A stretch of DNA of 64,000 nt from Bdellovibrio sp. Its GTDB lineage: Bacteria; Bdellovibrionota; Bdellovibrionia; Bdellovibrionales; Bdellovibrionaceae. The DNA lies in contig JAKFCY010000002.1 in assembly GCA_036676395.1 (NCBI GenBank), positions 2,400,001 to 2,464,000 of the forward strand, written 5' to 3'. The position numbers and the translations under genes were made by a program. The notes under the pieces were generated by a model that searched no databases, was not told the origin of the DNA, and saw nothing but the letters and a program-made list of their open reading frames with translations. Shown piece after piece: positions 1 through 9,718 of this stretch (positions within the stretch are counted from its first letter, which is position 1; each line of letters begins with the position of its first letter).

Positions 1-127
1 GGCTTTAGAAATGTGTTTAACCGTAAATGCAGCTTCATATCACTGTCAAACAGTTGGCAGCATCAAAGCCATGCCTGATGCACAAGTTCGTCAATTTGAA
101 AAAGCGACTAAAAAGGATTAATCTGAA

Positions 128-1282
128 ATGTGGCGTAAGCTTTCAGTCTTATTTTTAGTTTTACACTGCACGACAGTCGCCCTTGCGAATGACAACGGGC
201 GATTCGAAATGAGTGAAATCGGCGTGGCTTATTGGCTACCCGATGCAATTCCGTATGGAGTTTACAACGATTTTAAAGAAGAGCTAGCTACGTTACAACC
301 ACAACCAACTGATGAAACCGAAACTGAACAATGCCGTTCATCTTATCAGAAATTATTTTCTAAACCTGATCTTAACTGGTCAATTTATTTCGGCTACGGC
401 GATGGCGCCAGCGAAAATTACACCACTGATATGGCCGAACGAGATATCTTAGAAAAAGAAATCAAATCGCCTTGTCCACAATTTCGTCCCGATATTCAAC
501 TTTGCGATTTCAAAGCAGATTCTTTAATTTCTGGCCAATATACAAAACAGATCAGAACCAAAAACGGCCAAACCGTGAACGTTCGCCTGAAACTTTTTAA
601 TTCATCGCTCACCAGTGAAATTGCGGTGAATAAAGAAAGAAAATCAGATCAAAAGAAAAAATCTAAAGCCTTAGAAAAATCATACATCCATGCTCTGCAA
701 ACGGATGATATTGTTTTTTATAGCGGCCATGCTCGTCATGGCTCTGGACCTGGCTTTCGCCCCCTATCAAAAAACCCTTTTTCAAAAATGGTGACTGGTT
801 TATTTAGACCGATGGCTTCAAAAATGTATAACGCTTTAGGTGAAGATGACCGCGTTGATCATTCAGATGATGTCTATCCTCCACCTGCGGCCCGCACTGG
901 AAAACCACCTGCTCTTCTGGGTTTTTTTGCCTGTGAAGCCGAAGCTCATTACGGCGTGAACCTTGCCCACCGCACCGATGCCGGTTTAATTTTAACACGC
1001 CAATCAATTTCAACAGTTGATAATATGCGTTTGCTGTATGCTGCTTCAAATAATTTACTGACTGAGTCTTGCGAAAAAGATTTTACTCAAAGCATGAATC
1101 AATCTATTAAAACGATTTATTATCGCCAGAAAAAAGGTCCACCGACTGCTTACGATGACAAAATGCCTAAGCTTTTTAACTTCTTTCACAAAGACAAAGT
1201 TAAGTACCGCAATGACTTGTTGTTATACTTTCAAAATCGCCATGAAGTCGGCATGGATATCAGCGCCCCTAGCGGCAACTAA
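128..1282 (+). CDS. secreted hypothetical protein, possible clan CD (caspase/gingipain-fold) cysteine peptidase
   Basis: Signal peptide; DIVFYSGHARHG and LGFFACEA resemble the His/Cys dyad strands. Confidence 0.5.
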   Translation: MWRKLSVLFLVLHCTTVALANDNGRFEMSEIGVAYWLPDAIPYGVYNDFKEELATLQPQPTDETETEQCRSSYQKLFSKPDLNWSIYFGYGDGASENYTTDMAERDILEKEIKSPCPQFRPDIQLCDFKADSLISGQYTKQIRTKNGQTVNVRLKLFNSSLTSEIAVNKERKSDQKKKSKALEKSYIHALQTDDIVFYSGHARHGSGPGFRPLSKNPFSKMVTGLFRPMASKMYNALGEDDRVDHSDDVYPPPAARTGKPPALLGFFACEAEAHYGVNLAHRTDAGLILTRQSISTVDNMRLLYAASNNLLTESCEKDFTQSMNQSIKTIYYRQKKGPPTAYDDKMPKLFNFFHKDKVKYRNDLLLYFQNRHEVGMDISAPSGN

Positions 1283-1359
1283 AGGCTTGCCGCCCGCGGG
1301 CACCTGTCAAAAGTTTTGACACTCCAATTACCCCACATTCGAGACTAAGCTCAAATTTG

Positions 1360-1376
1360 AAGGCATACCCCTTGCT
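1360..1376 (+). promoter_or_regulatory. sigma54 -24/-12 promoter
   Basis: AAGGCATACCCCTTGCT, GG-N10-GC, upstream of SD AAGGAG and ATG 1407. Confidence 0.7.
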
Positions 1377-1406
1377 CTATAAACTGGTAAGGCAAGGAGT
1401 ATTGCT

Positions 1407-2024
1407 ATGTTTAAAATTAAATCGTTATTCACTATGAGATTACTTTTCTTTTCGTATCTAATTTTAGTTACGTTTATGGTGACAGCTTGCCAAAAAAACA
1501 ACGACACCGATGAAGGTGCAATCACGACAGATTGTTTAACTTACCCTCAAGCTTGCCAAACTGGTTATTACAACCAACCTGGTTTTCAACCTTATAACTA
1601 CGGTTATCAAAATAACGGCGGCGCATTTTACAACAATGGTTACTACGGATCAGGCACAAGCCCATTTCACCAAATGGCTAACAACAGCTACTTATGTAAC
1701 TGCCCTGTGGGAACAGTTCCAACTTACAATAACTACGCCGGTCTTGGCTGCGTTCAGTCAAATATGTTAGCGGGCTTCCAAGGTTATGCGTACTACGGTT
1801 ATAACACTTCTAATAACAACCAGTGGACAAACATTCCGCAAATTTCAAATATTCAAGGTTACAATAACAGCAGCTGTTATAATGGCGTGGTGCAGTCATG
1901 TATCGTGACTGATCAAGCAACTTGCAGAAGCGGTTATTCTTGCCGTGCTAATTCAGCAGCATCAGCAATCGGGATCTGCGTTTCTAATGGAGCAAATGGT
2001 CAAACAAGCCCGATTTTCCGTTAA
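1407..2024 (+). CDS. Cys-rich, Y/N/G-rich lipoprotein
   Basis: Lipobox VTAC; multiple Cys; good SD. Confidence 0.75.
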   Translation: MFKIKSLFTMRLLFFSYLILVTFMVTACQKNNDTDEGAITTDCLTYPQACQTGYYNQPGFQPYNYGYQNNGGAFYNNGYYGSGTSPFHQMANNSYLCNCPVGTVPTYNNYAGLGCVQSNMLAGFQGYAYYGYNTSNNNQWTNIPQISNIQGYNNSSCYNGVVQSCIVTDQATCRSGYSCRANSAASAIGICVSNGANGQTSPIFR

Positions 2025-2092
2025 TTTTCACAAAATTTATTCGATTCAACTGTAAAAATCAGCCATAGTATTGGGTACCAGCGAGGTACCCA

Positions 2093-4114
2093 ATGACAAA
2101 CAATCCACTATTACAAAAATTCACTGTTAAAGATCAAGCGGCTCCTTTTGATCAAATTAAAGTTGAGCACTACATGCCAGCTTTAGAAGAAGCCATCAAA
2201 GAAGCCAAAACTAATTTAGAAAAAATCAAAGCCGAAAAAAATCTAACGTTTGAAAACACTATTGTTGCTTTAGAACAGCTTTCTGAAAAGTTAGACCGTG
2301 CTTCGAACATCTACTTTAATTTATTTTCAGCCGAAGCTAATGAAGAACACCAGGCCTTAGCGCAAAAGATTTCTCCGCTGATGTCAGCATTCGCCTCTGA
2401 TGTTTCTTTAGATGAAGATGTCTTCAAAAAAATTAAATTTATCTACGATAACCGCGTTCAACTTGGCCTAACTGGCGAAGATTTAAAATTAACTGAAAAA
2501 ATGTTCAAAGATTTTTCTCGCAACGGGGCCTTGTTAAACCCAGAGCAAAAAGAAAAACTGCGCGCTCTTGATCAGGAGCTGTCTGTATTAAGTCCGCTAT
2601 TTTCTGAAAACAATTTAAAAGCGATCAACGCTTTTGAATTATGGATCACAGATAACAAAGACCTAGCGGGTCTACCTGAAGGAGCTATTGAAGCGGCGGC
2701 AATGTCTGCAGAAGCTAAAGGTAAAAAAGGCCAATGGTTATTTAACCTGCAAGGGCCTTCATTAATTCCGTTTCTGACTTATGCTGATAACCGCACGTTA
2801 CGTGAAAAAATGTGGCGAGCTTCATCTTCGAAAAATTTTAAAGACCAATTCGACAATCAAGAAACAGTTTTAAAAATCGTAAAACTTTCTACTGATCGCG
2901 CGAACATCTTAGGTTACAAAACATACGCTGATTATGTCTTAGAAGAACGTATGGCCAAAGATGCAAACACCGTATTTCAGTTTCTAGAAAAACTAATGGC
3001 ACCGTCAATGACAGCCGCTAAACGTGATTTAGATGAAGTTAAAAAGTTTGCTGGCACTGATGATATCCGCCCGTGGGATTTCGCTTATTACTCAGAAAAA
3101 CTAAAAGAGCAGAAATACTCTTTCAACGAAGAAGAGTTACGCCCGTATTTTAAATTAGAAAATGTGGTTGAAGGTGTGTTTGAACATGCCCGAAGACTTT
3201 TTGGTTTAACTTTTAAACCAGTGACTGATATTCCGGTTTATCATCCCGATGTAAAAACTTATGAAGTGTATGAAGAAGGCACCAACAAGTATATTGGCCT
3301 TTTTTACACCGACTTCTTTCCGCGCGAGACTAAAAAATCTGGCGCTTGGATGACATCATACCGCGAGCAAGGCATGTGGTCTGGCGAGATCAAACGCCCG
3401 CACGTCAGTATCGTTTGTAACTTTACAAAACCAACGTCGACAAAACCTTCACTTTTATCTTATGACGAAGTATCGACACTGTTTCATGAAATGGGCCATG
3501 CACTGCACGGGTTATTATCTGAGTGCAAATACAAATCTTTAGCCGGCACGAACGTGTACTGGGATTTCGTAGAGCTTCCGTCACAGATTATGGAAAACTG
3601 GGTTAAAGAAAAAGAAGGCTTAGACGTATTTGCTAAACATTACGAAACTGGTGCGCCGATTCCGGCTGAACTTGTTGAAAAGATTAAACGTTCAGCGCAG
3701 TTTCAATCTGGCTGGATGAGCTTACGCCAATTAACTTTTGGCTGGTTAGATATGAATTGGTATACGGTAAATCCCGCAACGATCACCGATGTTGATGCTT
3801 TTGAGACTAAAACTTTAGAGCGTTTACGCCTATTACCAAAAGAAGACGGCCAAAATATGTCTGTAAGTTTTAGCCATATTTTCGGCGGCGGTTATGCGGC
3901 TGGATACTACTCTTACAAATGGGCTGAAGTTTTAGATGCTGATGCTTTTGAGTACTTTAAAGAAAAAGGCTTATTCAATAAAGAAGCTGGCACTAAATTT
4001 AAAAAAGCCATTTTAAGCCGCGGCGGCACTGCCCACCCGATGGATTTATATAAAGAATTTCGTGGTCGTGAACCAGATCCACAGGCTTTATTAAAACGTG
4101 ATGGATTGGTGTAA
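2093..4114 (+). CDS. M3A metallopeptidase (peptidyl-dipeptidase Dcp / oligopeptidase A)
   Basis: TLFHEMGHALH, WDFVELPSQIMENW, GYAAGYYSYKWAEVLDADAF. Confidence 0.95.
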   Translation: MTNNPLLQKFTVKDQAAPFDQIKVEHYMPALEEAIKEAKTNLEKIKAEKNLTFENTIVALEQLSEKLDRASNIYFNLFSAEANEEHQALAQKISPLMSAFASDVSLDEDVFKKIKFIYDNRVQLGLTGEDLKLTEKMFKDFSRNGALLNPEQKEKLRALDQELSVLSPLFSENNLKAINAFELWITDNKDLAGLPEGAIEAAAMSAEAKGKKGQWLFNLQGPSLIPFLTYADNRTLREKMWRASSSKNFKDQFDNQETVLKIVKLSTDRANILGYKTYADYVLEERMAKDANTVFQFLEKLMAPSMTAAKRDLDEVKKFAGTDDIRPWDFAYYSEKLKEQKYSFNEEELRPYFKLENVVEGVFEHARRLFGLTFKPVTDIPVYHPDVKTYEVYEEGTNKYIGLFYTDFFPRETKKSGAWMTSYREQGMWSGEIKRPHVSIVCNFTKPTSTKPSLLSYDEVSTLFHEMGHALHGLLSECKYKSLAGTNVYWDFVELPSQIMENWVKEKEGLDVFAKHYETGAPIPAELVEKIKRSAQFQSGWMSLRQLTFGWLDMNWYTVNPATITDVDAFETKTLERLRLLPKEDGQNMSVSFSHIFGGGYAAGYYSYKWAEVLDADAFEYFKEKGLFNKEAGTKFKKAILSRGGTAHPMDLYKEFRGREPDPQALLKRDGLV

Positions 4115-4120
4115 TTCGTA

Positions 4121-5017
4121 ATGAAAGAAAAACACTTAAAGCTTAAAGAAAATAAAAAGATCGCTTTAGTTTATCGTATTCATTCACCTGAAGCGGTTCG
4201 CGTAGCTAAAAAAGTTGTCGCAAAATTAAAAGCAAAGCGCATTAAAGTTTTCACAGCTCCTGAACAAAAACAATTAGACGGCACAACGATGCTGATCAGC
4301 TCGAACGAATTAAAAGAAATGAGCTTAGTGATTGTTTTAGGCGGAGACGGTACTTACCTTCGCGCAGTTCGTTTATTAAAAGGCCATCAGGTTCCGATTC
4401 TCGGTTTTAACATGGGCTACCTTGGGTTTTTAACCGCTCACAGCGTAGACGATGTTTTTGCTACGATTGATGAAACTTTAAAAAACAAAATGGTAGTTCA
4501 TTCAAGATCACGCATTCATACTTCAGTTAAACTTAAGACCGGACGTCGTTTGTCGTTTGATGCGCTTAATGATGTGGTTATTGAACGTGGTTCATTTTCG
4601 CAGCTCATCAGCACCGCTGTCTACTTCGACAAATCTTATGTTAACCACATTAAAGCCGATGGTTTAATTATTTCTACTCCCACAGGATCAACAGCCTATA
4701 ACTTAGCGGCTGGCGGGCCCCTTCTGCATCCTGAAACAAAAGCCATGGTTTTAACGCCGGTTGCCCCGCACTCGTTAACGACCCGCCCGCTTATTTTTCC
4801 TGATGATAAAAAAATTGTGATTAAAGTTGATCAACAGAACTCTTCAAGCAATTTAATCATCGATGGACAAAAGGTTTTAGAACTTTCACAAGATGATGAA
4901 GTCACAATCACTAGATGTGAGACTGATCATGTGATGATTCGCAAATCTGGCCATAACTTTTTTGAATTATTAAAAGAAAAACTAAAATTCGGAGATCGCT
5001 ATGCTTCAGGAACTTAG
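4121..5017 (+). CDS. nadK: NAD kinase
   Basis: LGGDGT, ALNDV, STPTGSTAYNLAAGGP. Confidence 0.96.
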   Translation: MKEKHLKLKENKKIALVYRIHSPEAVRVAKKVVAKLKAKRIKVFTAPEQKQLDGTTMLISSNELKEMSLVIVLGGDGTYLRAVRLLKGHQVPILGFNMGYLGFLTAHSVDDVFATIDETLKNKMVVHSRSRIHTSVKLKTGRRLSFDALNDVVIERGSFSQLISTAVYFDKSYVNHIKADGLIISTPTGSTAYNLAAGGPLLHPETKAMVLTPVAPHSLTTRPLIFPDDKKIVIKVDQQNSSSNLIIDGQKVLELSQDDEVTITRCETDHVMIRKSGHNFFELLKEKLKFGDRYASGT

Positions 5018-6695
5018 AGTTTCACAGTTCGCCATTATTGATTCGTTAAACATCGAATTTCAAAATGGACTTAATATTTTATCAGGCGAAACAGGTTCCG
5101 GAAAATCAGTGCTGTTAAAAAGCTTAGCGCTATTGATGGGTGAAAAAGCTTCGGCAGACACTATTCGCACTGGCTGCACGCAAGCGACCGTTGAGGGCTC
5201 GTTTTATCTAAAACACCGTCCTGATTTAAAAAAGAACTTAGAAGCACTAGGCATTGAAGCCGAAGATAACCAGTTGATCGTTCGCCGTATTATTTCTGCA
5301 GGCGATAAGTCTAAAGTTTATTTAAATGGTGTACTATCGCCTTTAGCACAATTACGTGAAATCGTTGCACCACTTATCGAAGTCACCGGGCCATCGGCTC
5401 CGTTGATCGAAATGACCGGGCAACATGACAATAGAAATTTGTTATCGAAGGCCTACCATTTAGATTTATTAGACCAATACGCTGGCCACTGGGATAAACG
5501 CGCGCAGTTTGAAACCCAATACCAAAACTGGTTAGAAATGAAAAACCAGATCACTGATTTTGAACGCAAAGCGCAAGACAAAGCCCAGCGTTTAGATTTT
5601 TTAAAATTTCAATTTCAAGAATTTGAAAAATTAAATCTTCAACCCGAAGATGCCCAGCTTGAAATCGAAATCAAAAAACTAAAAAATTCTTCTAAATTAT
5701 TACAATTCGCTGATATCTGTGACCAATTAGTTTACCAAGACGATGACAGTATTTCATCACGTTTGAAAACAATTCAGAAAAAAGCCATCGAAGTAGCGCA
5801 ATTAGATCCAAGCCTTCAGGAAAAAGTAGCTGTCCTTGATCAGGCACGAACTTTAATTGATGATGCGATTTATGCTGTACGTACGTATGTGAATAAAATC
5901 GATGCTGACCCTGAAATGTTAGATGAAAAAGAATCTCGCCTGTCTCAAATTCGTAAATTACAAAAAAAGCATGGCGATGATTTAACGTTATTACTAGATG
6001 TGTTTAATCAAATGGCGACAGAGATTAAAGCTTTAGAAAATAGCGATCAACATTTAGAACAGTTAAAAAAACAAGCGACTGTGCTTGAACTTGAGCTAAA
6101 AAAACAAGCCTCTGAAATGCATAAAACCCGCGCGACCAACGCGAAAAAGCTTTCGAGTGGTGTAAATCAGGAATTACTCGATTTAAATATGAAAGGTGTC
6201 TTATTTGACATCCATATCGCCCAGTTAGATCATTTAACTTCAACTGGCATGACTGATGTTGAATTCTTATCGCAAACGTCTCCTAAAGACCCTAAGCGCG
6301 CTTTATCAAAGGCTGCCAGCGGCGGAGAACTTTCAAGAATTCTATTAGCTCTTAAAAAATCGGCTGGTAAATCACAGTTTCCACGCACTTATTTATTTGA
6401 TGAAGTTGATACTGGCGTTTCTGGAACAACGGCAGAAAAAGTAGGGCGCAAATTAAAAGAAATCGCCAAAGGCCAACAAGTGATTTGTGTGACTCACCTT
6501 CCGCAAGTAGCGGCTTTTGGTGATGTTCACTTTTCGATTCAAAAATCGACACACAAAGATCAAGCCGTAATGACTGTGACCGAACTTAAAAAACAAGATC
6601 GCGTCGAAGAAATTGCCCGTTTAATCTCTGGTGAAAAAATCACGAAAACATCTATTGCCCATGCTCAAGAATTAATTAAAGAGTGCCAGGCTTAG
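5001..6695 (+). CDS. recN: DNA repair protein RecN
   Basis: GETGSGKS, SGGELSR, FDEVDTGVSG, VTHLPQVAA; follows nadK. Confidence 0.97.
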   Translation: MLQELRVSQFAIIDSLNIEFQNGLNILSGETGSGKSVLLKSLALLMGEKASADTIRTGCTQATVEGSFYLKHRPDLKKNLEALGIEAEDNQLIVRRIISAGDKSKVYLNGVLSPLAQLREIVAPLIEVTGPSAPLIEMTGQHDNRNLLSKAYHLDLLDQYAGHWDKRAQFETQYQNWLEMKNQITDFERKAQDKAQRLDFLKFQFQEFEKLNLQPEDAQLEIEIKKLKNSSKLLQFADICDQLVYQDDDSISSRLKTIQKKAIEVAQLDPSLQEKVAVLDQARTLIDDAIYAVRTYVNKIDADPEMLDEKESRLSQIRKLQKKHGDDLTLLLDVFNQMATEIKALENSDQHLEQLKKQATVLELELKKQASEMHKTRATNAKKLSSGVNQELLDLNMKGVLFDIHIAQLDHLTSTGMTDVEFLSQTSPKDPKRALSKAASGGELSRILLALKKSAGKSQFPRTYLFDEVDTGVSGTTAEKVGRKLKEIAKGQQVICVTHLPQVAAFGDVHFSIQKSTHKDQAVMTVTELKKQDRVEEIARLISGEKITKTSIAHAQELIKECQA

Positions 6696-7192
6696 ACGAA
6701 ATAGACCACTTGAATATAACACTTTGAACTTCGCACCCGAAACGGGATGATCAGATGTCTGACATCCCCCTCTGGCCGGCTGAGCTTGTCTGTGTAGTGC
6801 ATTTCAGGCAAAGCCATTAAGAATTTGTATCCTGCAGGGTTTAAAATCGCTTTCATGCGTCCGTAAATGATTCCTGTCAGCGCACCAATACAATCCAAGG
6901 TATCTTCATTTAAAAACATAGGCGAGCGCCCCAGAATCTTTGCCATGATTGTTAATGCTGCGTCTTCGGTGAAGTGCAGCTGCAACATGCCGCGCTGGTT
7001 ATCGGTGTGAAGATCAATGCGACCACTGCCATTACCAATGGGAGACCAGGTGTTTGCAACAAAACTGCTGTCAAAATCACAGGGAAGGCGGCACATTTCA
7101 TACAATGTTTCTTTTACACCCGTGGTGATAGCATCTGCCACGGTGGTATCGAAAAGAAAGCTTTTGGTATCAGTAGGAGCAGCGGTCGACAT
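6692..7192 (-). CDS. cheX: CheX-family chemotaxis phosphatase-like protein
   Basis: Size and CheX-like pattern (..DCIGALTGIIYG..MALP..); catalytic E-x-x-N appears substituted. Confidence 0.65.
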   Translation of the reverse strand: MSTAAPTDTKSFLFDTTVADAITTGVKETLYEMCRLPCDFDSSFVANTWSPIGNGSGRIDLHTDNQRGMLQLHFTEDAALTIMAKILGRSPMFLNEDTLDCIGALTGIIYGRMKAILNPAGYKFLMALPEMHYTDKLSRPEGDVRHLIIPFRVRSSKCYIQVVYFV

Positions 7193-7266
7193 TAAAAAAA
7201 CTCCTTAGTGAGTCTTAGTATAGCTAAAGATTTTTTTATTTATAACTACTTTTTAACAAAACTAGG

Positions 7267-8025
7267 TTATTTTTTATTTACTAGGTCTGGCACATTTACG
7301 ATTTGAATCTGACCTTGGTCGATAAGAAGCGCCACAGGCTCAACTAACCAGGTTCCCAAATTAATTGAGCGCACTTTTTTGCCGTTGGCTGTAAAAGTAT
7401 AATCATCAAACACATGCATATGGCCTGTGATGATCAGGTCGAAGGGCTCAGTATTAAATACCTTCATAGCATAGGCCTGAATCATGGCGCGCACTTTTTC
7501 AGAATTTTTCACAGCATAGTTGCCGCTTTTTTTACGGCTTTTTTTACTGTGGTTTTCGCCCAGTGTTTTCCAAAACCGACCAGGTAAATTATGCGCAAAC
7601 CATTCAACCCAAGGGCGCCGAACGCCTTCACGATACGCCAAATAAACCTTGTCGTCGGGGTTAATGTAATCCCCATGTTCGCAGCGCACTTTAAGGCCAT
7701 CAATTGTAAAAAAGGCCTCGTTTTCATAAACTGGAACATCTAATTGTTTTGTCCAAAAGCGATCGATATGAAAATCATGATTACCTTCGAAATAAACTAA
7801 TCTGCCGCCGCCATTTTTGAATTTGCGGATCTCGTCAATTAACTGTTTGTAATGATCTTGCAGAACCTTGCCATCAGATAGCCAGAAATCGAAAATATCA
7901 CCCAAGAAATAAACACTGTGTTGTGCCGGGTTTTCATTTAACCAAAAGAAAAAGCGCAATAGCAAATTGCCATTGCGCTCATTAATGTCAGTAATATGAA
8001 GATCAGAGATAAACCAATGCTTCAT
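7267..8025 (-). CDS. lpxH: UDP-2,3-diacylglucosamine diphosphatase
   Basis: ISDLH, LGDIFDFW, EGNHDF, HGD, GHMH, NLGTW. Confidence 0.88.
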   Translation of the reverse strand: MKHWFISDLHITDINERNGNLLLRFFFWLNENPAQHSVYFLGDIFDFWLSDGKVLQDHYKQLIDEIRKFKNGGGRLVYFEGNHDFHIDRFWTKQLDVPVYENEAFFTIDGLKVRCEHGDYINPDDKVYLAYREGVRRPWVEWFAHNLPGRFWKTLGENHSKKSRKKSGNYAVKNSEKVRAMIQAYAMKVFNTEPFDLIITGHMHVFDDYTFTANGKKVRSINLGTWLVEPVALLIDQGQIQIVNVPDLVNKK

Positions 8026-8041
8026 CAGTTACTTTTTTGAT

Positions 8042-9676
8042 CTATGTGTTTAGATCAAATCCTTGTTTTTTACGGATGAAAGCTGGAACTTCCAAAATGT
8101 CGCGCGCCATTTTACGGGCGTCTTCAACTTGGCGATCCTGGCGATCTTCAGTCATCATAGTTAATTGTTCAGGAGCTACATTTTTTTCTTCAGCTACAGC
8201 GGGTTGTGTTTCGCGAAAAGCGCGGGCTTTTGCTAATAACATATCGCGAGCAGAAGCTGCCGAAGTTGCCGTCGGAGAAATTGCCGAAGATAAATCTTGG
8301 CCGAATGTTTCGTTAGTTTCTGCGTGCGCGTGAACTTCAGGTTGCGCCATAGGATGCGAGGCCGCCGAGGCTTCAGGTTGAGTAAATGAATTCACAACTT
8401 CTTGCACCTGAGAAATCGGCGGTAAAACCGGAGACTGCTGCGGAGCTGGAGTTTGCGGCGGCATCATCATAGATTGTTGCGGCTGAGCATACTGTTGTTG
8501 TTGCATCATTTGCGCGTACATAGCTGCTTGCTGCTGAGCTTGCTGCATTTGTTGAGTCGCATGATTTGTAGCTTGTGGCATCGGTTGAGAAAATTGCGGC
8601 ATAGGTTGCGCAAATTGAGCCGGCTGCATTGGTTGTTGTGGAAGATCAAACATGATTGATGGACCAGCATTTAAGAAAGTTTGCATGCTGTTCATTTGCG
8701 GAAGCACTTGTGTTTTATCTTCGTGAGCAAAACCAGTAGCGATAACAGTTACACGAACTTCATCGATTAAGTTTGGATCAATAACTGCACCAAAAATTAC
8801 TTCTGCATCTTCGCTAGCGGCCTCAGTGATTAACATAGAAGCTTCATTCACTTCATATAATGATAGATCAGATCCACCAGTTACGTTGATGATGATGCCA
8901 GTTGCGCCGTCAATTCTTACGTTTTCTAATAACGGAGAAGAAATCGCTTGAGTTGCTGCTTCGATCGCACGGTTTTCACCCTTTGCAGAACCAGTTCCCA
9001 TTAAAGCTAAACCTTTGTTAGCCATAACAGTTCTGATATCAGCGAAATCTAAGTTAATAAGACCGCGAATGTTGATTAGATCAGAAATACCTTTAACTGC
9101 TTGAAGTAAAACTTCATCAGCTCTTTTAAAAGTATCTACTAGCGGAGTTTTATCTCCGGCAATTGATAATAATTTTTGATTTGGAATAACGATCAACGCA
9201 TCAACATTATCTTTTAATTCAGATAAGCCGCCTTCAGCGTGTTTTGTACGTTTTTTACCTTCGAAGACGAAAGGCTTAGTGACTACACCAATCGTAAGAG
9301 CACCAAGTTCGCGCGCGATTTTCGCAACAACAGGAGCCCCTCCGGTACCTGTTCCCCCGCCCATTCCGGCAGTAACGAAAACCATGTCTGATCCTTTAAG
9401 TTGCTCTACGATATGGTTATAAGATTCAATCGCTGATCTGCGGCCGACATCTGGATTTGCACCAGCGCCTAAACCTTTTGTAAGATCTGCACCAAGTTGG
9501 ATTTTGTATCCGGCTTTACTAGAGTTCAAAGCCTGAATATCTGTATTTGCAACTACGAATTCAACTCCGGCCATTCCGCCTTCGATCATTGTAGTTACTG
9601 CATTCGATCCGCCGCCGCCGACGCCGACAACTTTAATATTAGCACCGATATTTACGTTTTCTTCTAATTCAAACAT
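8042..9676 (-). CDS. ftsZ: cell division protein FtsZ with long Q/P-rich linker
   Basis: [26 protein letters not shown]-terminal LEVPAFIRK. Confidence 0.98.
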   Translation of the reverse strand: MFELEENVNIGANIKVVGVGGGGSNAVTTMIEGGMAGVEFVVANTDIQALNSSKAGYKIQLGADLTKGLGAGANPDVGRRSAIESYNHIVEQLKGSDMVFVTAGMGGGTGTGGAPVVAKIARELGALTIGVVTKPFVFEGKKRTKHAEGGLSELKDNVDALIVIPNQKLLSIAGDKTPLVDTFKRADEVLLQAVKGISDLINIRGLINLDFADIRTVMANKGLALMGTGSAKGENRAIEAATQAISSPLLENVRIDGATGIIINVTGGSDLSLYEVNEASMLITEAASEDAEVIFGAVIDPNLIDEVRVTVIATGFAHEDKTQVLPQMNSMQTFLNAGPSIMFDLPQQPMQPAQFAQPMPQFSQPMPQATNHATQQMQQAQQQAAMYAQMMQQQQYAQPQQSMMMPPQTPAPQQSPVLPPISQVQEVVNSFTQPEASAASHPMAQPEVHAHAETNETFGQDLSSAISPTATSAASARDMLLAKARAFRETQPAVAEEKNVAPEQLTMMTEDRQDRQVEDARKMARDILEVPAFIRKKQGFDLNT

Positions 9677-9718
9677 GTGGGTTCCTCCCGAGATTAAAAA
9701 TTCCCTTTAAAAAACTTA

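Noticed and set aside
54..70. TTGGCAGCATCAAAGCC as a sigma54 promoter
   Set aside because: Spacing fits but the -12 element lacks TTGC; too weak
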